Below, in pieces: positions 58,136 to 64,000 of a stretch of 64,000 bases of DNA. The stretch is from a virus (lineage: Duplodnaviria > Caudoviricetes). The stretch's first letter is position 1. Each line of letters begins with the position of its first letter. The notes under the pieces are model-generated. The model worked only from the letters and a program-made list of their open reading frames with translations. It did not search any database and was not told where the DNA came from. The stretch lies in IMG/VR virus record IMGVR_UViG_3300021400_003144; one strand, 5' to 3'. Both the position numbers and the translations under genes were made by a program.

Positions 58136-59446
58136 ATGAAAAAGAGAAGATATAGTGCAGTAGGTGTTTTGGCTAGTTTAGCATTAACAGTAGCATATAC
58201 AGTGTATGGTGAGGTTAAGCTGGCTGATGTTTCAGGTGTAGTTGAGTCAATACATAGAAGTGAATATAACTCTTCTAATATAATAAAAAATATGCTTAAG
58301 TTAAAAGAGTCAGAAGGCTCAGATAACTATAAAGTGCAGGATGAAGATATAGATAGTTTGAGTTTAAATAAGGACTTCAATAGAATTAAGACTAAAGTTC
58401 TTAATACCTGGGTGGATAAAGACGAGCAGCTTAATATAAATGGTGTAACATATATAATGTTACAACAGTCAAACTATTATAACATAGATACCTTAAGAAA
58501 TGTTAAATACACAGTGTATTATGGTGATAAAGTAATAGACGAAGATGCTGATTATAATATCATATATTCTAAAGAGGGATATAACAATACTCAAATAGTA
58601 ATAATTGCTATACAGGGAGAATATAATCATGACCTCAAGTTGCAGATAAGTAAGGGCATAAGTAATAAAACTGAGTTTATAGATGTCGTAAATACAGATA
58701 GCCTTAGTGGAAATGCTTATAGAATTATAGAGGTTGGTGAAGATAGGCTTGTAGGAATTAAAGTATCTGATGATAAGTTTAAGGATAGTATTGAATTGAC
58801 ATATAATCCTAGACTTGAAGAAGAAAGTATTGAAGATGAGAGTATTGAAGGTGCAGGTGAAAGCATTGAGGAGACACAGGAAAGTATTGAAGAGACACCT
58901 GAAGAAACCATTGAAGAACTAACTGAGATAGAAGAAACATCAGAAGAAAGCCTTGAGGATGAGTCTGAAGGAGCACTTGAGGAAGAGACTGAGTTTGATG
59001 ATGAGGAAGAGACTCTTGAAGATGAAGAAGATTCAGATAATGAAGAAAATTTAACTGAGTCTGAAGAGATACATGACACTAATGATGAGCTATATACAGT
59101 AAATTATAATTACAGTATCTATGGTAAGAAAGATGTACTTGATAAGATTATAGCTGGTGATGTTAGTATGACAGATATAAAATCTGGAGAGGAGTTTATA
59201 GATTATAATAATCTTCAGAGTAAATGGGATGAATACAACTTATCAAATGCATATTCAGATGTTTTAAATGTTAAACTCAATATAAATATAAAAATGACAA
59301 AGAGTGCTATTGAGGGATACATAAAAGATAATGAATATACAAGTATGAATAAAAATCAGACTATAGTTGAGTTCAAGAACTATATAGCTAGGATTTTTAG
59401 GTTTAATATAGAAAAAGATGATTCAGTTGTTACATTTGAAATGTAA
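58136..59446 (+). CDS. membrane-anchored/secreted protein with long Glu-rich insert
   Basis: N-terminal hydrophobic segment; EEESIEDESIE... low-complexity region. Confidence 0.75.
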   Translation: MKKRRYSAVGVLASLALTVAYTVYGEVKLADVSGVVESIHRSEYNSSNIIKNMLKLKESEGSDNYKVQDEDIDSLSLNKDFNRIKTKVLNTWVDKDEQLNINGVTYIMLQQSNYYNIDTLRNVKYTVYYGDKVIDEDADYNIIYSKEGYNNTQIVIIAIQGEYNHDLKLQISKGISNKTEFIDVVNTDSLSGNAYRIIEVGEDRLVGIKVSDDKFKDSIELTYNPRLEEESIEDESIEGAGESIEETQESIEETPEETIEELTEIEETSEESLEDESEGALEEETEFDDEEETLEDEEDSDNEENLTESEEIHDTNDELYTVNYNYSIYGKKDVLDKIIAGDVSMTDIKSGEEFIDYNNLQSKWDEYNLSNAYSDVLNVKLNINIKMTKSAIEGYIKDNEYTSMNKNQTIVEFKNYIARIFRFNIEKDDSVVTFEM

Positions 59447-59529
59447 CAAGTTTTATATCAGTAATATATAGTTTTGACATATAAATATTAAAGTGTATAA
59501 ATTAAAAATAAATTTGGAGGATTCAGATT

Positions 59530-60075
59530 ATGCAGAGATTTTTTGAAGTAGCTTATAAGAAGAAGGACAATGACTTTGTAAAGGATGAAAAAGGCAATAA
59601 GGTAAAATGGGAAAATGCTAAGATTCCTGAGTATAGCACTAAGTATGCAGCTGGAGCTGATTTCTTCTGTGCTGAGGAAGTTAAAATACCTTCTATTTGG
59701 ACAGAAATGTTTAAGAACATTTTTGCAAATGGTAAGGAGCCAGTACAGGTTAAGCCTACTATGGTTCATACAGGTATCAAGGCAAAGATGCAGGAAGATG
59801 AGGTTCTTTATATTATGAACCGTTCAGGTGGACCAAAGAAGGGTCTTGTTCTTGCAAACAGTATTGGTGTTATTGATGCAGACTATTATGGTTGTGATGC
59901 AACAGATGGTGAGATTATGTTTGGATTTTATAACTTCCTTCCATTTGAAATTACAATCAAGGTAGGAGATAAGATTGGACAGGGAGTGTTCCATAAGTTC
60001 CTTAGAGCAGAGAATGATGGTGCAGTTAAGGATGTAGAGCGTACAGGTGGGTTTAATAGTACAGGAAATAAGTAA
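59530..60075 (+). CDS. dut: trimeric dUTPase
   Basis: AAGADF, NRSG, GVIDADYYG, GDKIGQG, RTGGFNSTG. Confidence 0.95.
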   Translation: MQRFFEVAYKKKDNDFVKDEKGNKVKWENAKIPEYSTKYAAGADFFCAEEVKIPSIWTEMFKNIFANGKEPVQVKPTMVHTGIKAKMQEDEVLYIMNRSGGPKKGLVLANSIGVIDADYYGCDATDGEIMFGFYNFLPFEITIKVGDKIGQGVFHKFLRAENDGAVKDVERTGGFNSTGNK

Positions 60076-60095
60076 GAAAAGCATAAGGTGTAAAT

Positions 60096-60263
60096 ATGAA
60101 GCAATATATAAAATTTTTTGATGTACGTAGTTTTGAGCAGTGTTTAAATGGATATATAGAACAGAACAGTGTCAAAGTTGTTAGTATTACACCTTTACTT
60201 GATGGAAGTCATTGTGTAAATACTAATACAAAAGGTTTTTATGTTTTGTTTGAAAAGTTGTAA
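60096..60263 (+). CDS. small hypothetical protein (55 aa, not in ORF track)
   Basis: AAGGTG RBS; MKQYIKFFDVRSFEQCLNGYIEQNSVKVVSITPL...FYVLFEKL. Confidence 0.6.
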   Translation: MKQYIKFFDVRSFEQCLNGYIEQNSVKVVSITPLLDGSHCVNTNTKGFYVLFEKL

Positions 60264-60322
60264 GCAGTGCAGTAAGTAAATAAGACAGTGCATCTTAAAG
60301 CAAAGTAAAACAGTATAAAATA

Positions 60323-60356
60323 AAGGTTTATCATATAGAGATATGTGATAAACCTT
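60323..60356 (+). terminator. hairpin/terminator
   Basis: aaggtttatca / tgataaacctt. Confidence 0.65.
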
Positions 60357-60382
60357 ATAAATATAGGGGAGGCATAAAGCTT

Positions 60383-60544
60383 ATGGTAGCAACAGATGAT
60401 TTAGATAAGGGTTACCTAGATTATTTATTTGGATTAGCTAAAGAATATGAAGATGATACAGATGACTATGAACTGTACTTGGATAAAATGGCTGCTGAAT
60501 ATGAGGATGAGAGACAGTATAGAATTGGGTTGAACTATAAATGA
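60383..60544 (+). CDS. very acidic 53-aa protein with internal duplication (not in ORF track)
   Basis: GGGGAGG RBS; MVATDDLDKGYLDYLFGLAKEYEDDTDDYELYLDKMAAEYEDERQYRIGLNYK; ATGA overlap with next gene. Confidence 0.75.
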   Translation: MVATDDLDKGYLDYLFGLAKEYEDDTDDYELYLDKMAAEYEDERQYRIGLNYK

Positions 60545-61041
60545 AATTAAAAGAGTTTATAGGTTTAAAGAGAACATTTGATGGAAGAGTAGCTTTAGAG
60601 TTAAAGATAATAGATATCAAACTTGATACTGGAATCAAAGATTATGTTTATAAAGGCATAAATATGTATGCTTCAACAGCAACATTGTTTGGTAATCATT
60701 ATTTTACAAAAGAGTCATCTGCATATATACGTTCTTTCAAAGATATTATGTGTGACAATACAATTCATAACAGGTATCTAAATAAAAGTAAAGTAGCATT
60801 TGAAAAGTTGCATAGTAGCAGACCAAAAACTAGTGAGATAACGTGTTTAAGTGTAAATAGTGCAGATATGATAGTTGATGTGCTAGGTGAGATAGATATG
60901 AGTATATCTGATGATATTTCATTTATATGGAACGAAGTAAATAAGAGATTACTATGCATATGTTATTACAGTGATTTATCTGTAGATAATAAGCAAATTA
61001 TAGATGATTTGATATTAGACTGTTATGAGAGAGTGATTTAA
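60541..61041 (+). CDS. hypothetical protein, paralog family B
   Basis: MKLKEFIGLKRTFDG ... KQIIDDLI. Confidence 0.75.
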   Translation: MKLKEFIGLKRTFDGRVALELKIIDIKLDTGIKDYVYKGINMYASTATLFGNHYFTKESSAYIRSFKDIMCDNTIHNRYLNKSKVAFEKLHSSRPKTSEITCLSVNSADMIVDVLGEIDMSISDDISFIWNEVNKRLLCICYYSDLSVDNKQIIDDLILDCYERVI

Positions 61042-61052
61042 GTATTGAGGGA

Positions 61053-61565
61053 TTGAATATGGTAGTTCAGGAGTATATAAAGGAAAACTTTAATGGTAAA
61101 AAGTTAGAGCTTTGTATGTATGATAAAGACAAAGAAGAAGAGGTTGGCATACTTAAACTAAGAAAGAACATATACAAGCTTATAGGGTACTGTAAAACAG
61201 ATAAAGTGAAGTTTATTGAATTTAAAGATGACCTTATTATGATTGAAGCTAACATAGGGTGTGGAGTGCATGCTACTATTGAAAATGTTAAGAGATGCAT
61301 AGAAGATGAAGAGAAAGAAATAAGTAAGAGTAAGATTAATAGGAACAAAGTTAATGTAGCAGTTCATGTAGCAGTTAATCTGTTATATCTAGTGATTGCA
61401 ACTGTTGTTATTATATGTAATTCTGATAAAATTGGTGTATATTCGATTATTAAAATAAATGCTGTGCTAAACTTCATTTTTGTGTCTTGTGTATTCGTAA
61501 CAAGAAATCTGTGTAATACATATAGAAATTGGAAAAGGGCAGGAGAAGTATTAGCACAGCTGTAA
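61053..61565 (+). CDS. membrane protein, hypothetical
   Basis: two C-terminal TM segments. Confidence 0.7.
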   Translation: MNMVVQEYIKENFNGKKLELCMYDKDKEEEVGILKLRKNIYKLIGYCKTDKVKFIEFKDDLIMIEANIGCGVHATIENVKRCIEDEEKEISKSKINRNKVNVAVHVAVNLLYLVIATVVIICNSDKIGVYSIIKINAVLNFIFVSCVFVTRNLCNTYRNWKRAGEVLAQL

Positions 61566-61647
61566 ATAAAATATTAGGGTTTATTGAGTAGTATAGGCAT
61601 ATAATCTATGCTACTTTTTATTTTAGATAAAAATAATTTAAAAAGTA

Positions 61648-61676
61648 TTGAAATATTAAAGTTAATGTGATATAAT
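61648..61676 (+). promoter_or_regulatory. sigma-A type promoter
   Basis: AAAAAGTA-TTGAAA-17-TATAAT, TG extension. Confidence 0.8.
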
Positions 61677-61707
61677 ATACAAAGATAGTATAAATATTAT
61701 ATACATA

Positions 61708-62277
61708 GTGTATGGTGATAATATGACTCTTAGAGAGCTAGTTGATATAAAAGAAACATTTGAGACACTTAATGGATTAAATTTAATAATAAATGAGATT
61801 AATACTAATTATAACGAATTTGAGGTATATTATTGTATTACATATAAATTTATGAGAAACATTGGTATAGAATTTGATGTTTCTGCAAGGACAAGCACTC
61901 TTAAATGGTTATATAATAATTGCAAGATTGTAAATAAGAATCCTATTAAGCATATAAAACAAAAACATGATTATTCACTGAGATCAGTAAGAAAAGATGC
62001 TATTCTAAATATAATAGGAGATGTAGATATTAATAAAGATAAGGGATATGTAGTATTTTGGGATAATGCCACTAAGGATTTAATATGTGTAGTAAACTAT
62101 CAATTAATGAGCCCAGATAAACAGAAGATTATAGATGGTCTTGTAAACAAATACTATACAAGGATGCTTGAGACATATAATAAGGAGATAGAGAAGCTAA
62201 GTGGGTTGAGTAGAGAATCAATTCAAGCTATTGTGCTCGAGTGGGTGAGGCGAGGCTTAATGATGGCAAGAGATTAA
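61708..62277 (+). CDS. hypothetical protein, paralog family B
   Basis: MTLRELVDIKETFE (ATG 61723) ... DKQKIIDGLVNKYY. Confidence 0.8.
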   Translation: MYGDNMTLRELVDIKETFETLNGLNLIINEINTNYNEFEVYYCITYKFMRNIGIEFDVSARTSTLKWLYNNCKIVNKNPIKHIKQKHDYSLRSVRKDAILNIIGDVDINKDKGYVVFWDNATKDLICVVNYQLMSPDKQKIIDGLVNKYYTRMLETYNKEIEKLSGLSRESIQAIVLEWVRRGLMMARD

Positions 62278-62285
62278 ATAGGTAA

Positions 62286-62807
62286 GTGGGTAGCAGTATG
62301 ACAATTAAAGAGCTTGTTGACATGAAAAGGACATTTGAAGGCTGTCGTAGTTTAAAGTTTATAGTAACTGGGATTATTGCAGATTATGATGCATTTGAAG
62401 AATATTATTATGCTACATATAACTGTAATTTAAGGTTTGATATGGACTTTCATATTCATGCACATGATACAGGCATTATTGACTGCATATACTGTTGGTG
62501 TAAGCCTGTGAATAAGAATAGTATTAAGTATGACAGTTCAGATGAAGGTTATGAACTGAGGTCACTAAACATGGATGCTATTATAAATGTAGTAGGTGAT
62601 GTAGATATTGATAAACATGGGGAATATGAAGTATTCTGGGATGACAAATTTAAGGACTTATTCATTATAGTGAAATATCAATCAATGAGTTCAGATAAAC
62701 AGAAGATTATAGATGAACTTGTAAATAAATACTATACAAAAATGGTTGAGACATTCAATAAGGGAAAAGATAAATTTGTTAATTTAAGAAAGGTGTTAGG
62801 CTATTAG
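62286..62807 (+). CDS. hypothetical protein, paralog family B
   Basis: MTIKELVDMKRTFE (ATG 62298) ... DKQKIIDELVNKYY. Confidence 0.8.
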   Translation: MGSSMTIKELVDMKRTFEGCRSLKFIVTGIIADYDAFEEYYYATYNCNLRFDMDFHIHAHDTGIIDCIYCWCKPVNKNSIKYDSSDEGYELRSLNMDAIINVVGDVDIDKHGEYEVFWDDKFKDLFIIVKYQSMSSDKQKIIDELVNKYYTKMVETFNKGKDKFVNLRKVLGY

Positions 62808-62887
62808 GGATATAAGATAGAAAGGTTTAAAGCATATACATTAAGTATATGCTATTTTTATTTTATAGAAAATAATTTTAAAAAGTA

Positions 62888-62916
62888 TTGATTTATTGAT
62901 AAAAATGTATTATAAT
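62888..62916 (+). promoter_or_regulatory. sigma-A type promoter
   Basis: AAAAAGTA-TTGATT-17-TATAAT. Confidence 0.8.
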
Positions 62917-62959
62917 ATATAAAAATGAAGTGATGGAGTATTGTAAGTAGGAATGTGTT

Positions 62960-63103
62960 ATGACAGTAAAAGAATTTATTGACACTAAAACTACATTTGA
63001 AACATTTAAAGGTGTTAAGCTAATCATAGCAGGTGTTAAGATAGAGCTTCCTAGCTTGCATATGTTGAAAAATTATCTGTTTAAGATAAATATGCTAAGT
63101 TAA
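62960..63103 (+). pseudogene. truncated family B paralog (47 aa)
   Basis: MTVKEFIDTKTTFETFKGVKLIIAGV then divergence and stop. Confidence 0.65.
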
Positions 63104-63130
63104 ATATGAAGGGGATTTATAGGTGATAGT

Positions 63131-63895
63131 ATGACATTTAAAGAATTAGTTGATATGAAAAAGACATTTGAGAATGTTAATAAGGTTAGACTTATAATAT
63201 CTGAAGTTAATACAGAGTATGCTGACTTTGATAGAGTATTTTATAAATTACTTTATAGTGGGGTTGACAATAAAAGTTTTAAATTAGGGTTTAATATTGA
63301 GACTACGATGTATGATTATAAAGACATTGTTGATGATTCATATTCTAATTATAAGGTTGTAAACAAGGATAGTATTAAGTATGACAGTTCAGGTTATGGT
63401 TATATGCTAATGTCAACTGACTTAGATACTATTATGAATATAATAGGTGATGTAGATATTAATAAGAATAACGAGTATGCAGTGTTTTGGAATGAGCAAG
63501 GTGTTTTAAGGTGTATAGTAAATTATAATCTAATGAGCATGAATAAGCAGAAGGTTGTAGATGACCTCATTTATAAGTATTATACAAAAATGAATGAGAT
63601 ATACATTAAAGAACATAATGATAAAGCAAAAGTAGATTTTACAAGCCCAGAATTTCTGCTTGATTTTATGTTTGGTTCTATGATAGAAATGATAGTTTTG
63701 GTTATGCTTAAACTTCTAAACATGCATAATATGTTGGAGCTGATTATAATAGGATTAAGTTTAATTATATTTATAGTTGCAATGGTATATAGTGCATTCA
63801 AGAATAGACTGTCATATAACATAGATTATGGATTTGAGGTCTTTCAAGCAACAATGCATCCAGAAAAAAGAAAAAAGAAAATAAGAAAGAGATAA
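63131..63895 (+). CDS. family B paralog with added C-terminal TM segments
   Basis: MTFKELVDMKKTFE ... NKQKVVDDLIYKYY plus two hydrophobic segments. Confidence 0.8.
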   Translation: MTFKELVDMKKTFENVNKVRLIISEVNTEYADFDRVFYKLLYSGVDNKSFKLGFNIETTMYDYKDIVDDSYSNYKVVNKDSIKYDSSGYGYMLMSTDLDTIMNIIGDVDINKNNEYAVFWNEQGVLRCIVNYNLMSMNKQKVVDDLIYKYYTKMNEIYIKEHNDKAKVDFTSPEFLLDFMFGSMIEMIVLVMLKLLNMHNMLELIIIGLSLIIFIVAMVYSAFKNRLSYNIDYGFEVFQATMHPEKRKKKIRKR

Positions 63896-64000
63896 GATAA
63901 GCTTGAAAATCTTAGTAACTATGTTGATAAATTAAGAAGCATAGCAGATAATGGTGGGGATATGTTTAATAGGGCTAAATTGAACAATCTGAATGACTAC

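Noticed and set aside
332-63822. Minus-strand ORFs in the supplied track (e.g. 53384-53962, 55580-56128, 58717-59079)
   Set aside because: All are antisense shadows of + strand genes with Ser/Leu/Ile-rich composition and no RBS.
1-64000. tRNA, rRNA, integrase, transposase, terminase or capsid genes
   Set aside because: No recognisable motifs seen; intergenic hairpins fit terminators rather than cloverleaves.

Overview
AT-rich window (about 30% GC by eye, strong G>C skew) in which essentially every credible gene lies on the + strand. It reads like part of a very large Firmicutes (probably Clostridia/Lachnospiraceae-hosted) extrachromosomal element, either a jumbo phage or a megaplasmid; no virion, conjugation, rRNA, tRNA or CRISPR sequence is visible, so I cannot decide which. 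Replication and DNA-metabolism genes: family A DNA polymerase, stand-alone DnaQ, HolA-like protein, stand-alone primase zinc finger, SF2 helicase, dUTPase, Dam-family methyltransferase, HNH and a Hef-like nuclease. Host-like envelope genes: class A PBP, lytic transglycosylase, cell-wall-binding protein, lipoprotein, DUF1002 and MscS. Also present are an HPF-like ribosome factor, two sigma-like proteins, several apparently catalytically dead enzyme paralogs, and tandem paralog families behind strong sigma-A promoters. The most notable observation is an apparently naturally split RlmN/Cfr-type radical SAM enzyme. The 265-aa ORF at 41924-42721 stops before the catalytic ACGQL segment. That segment is encoded 1.7 kb downstream as a separate 42-aa ORF (44462-44590) with its own RBS, in a cluster with a second radical SAM gene. 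The resolving-cysteine position of the large subunit is Gly. All family assignments are from motif recognition by eye, not database searches.
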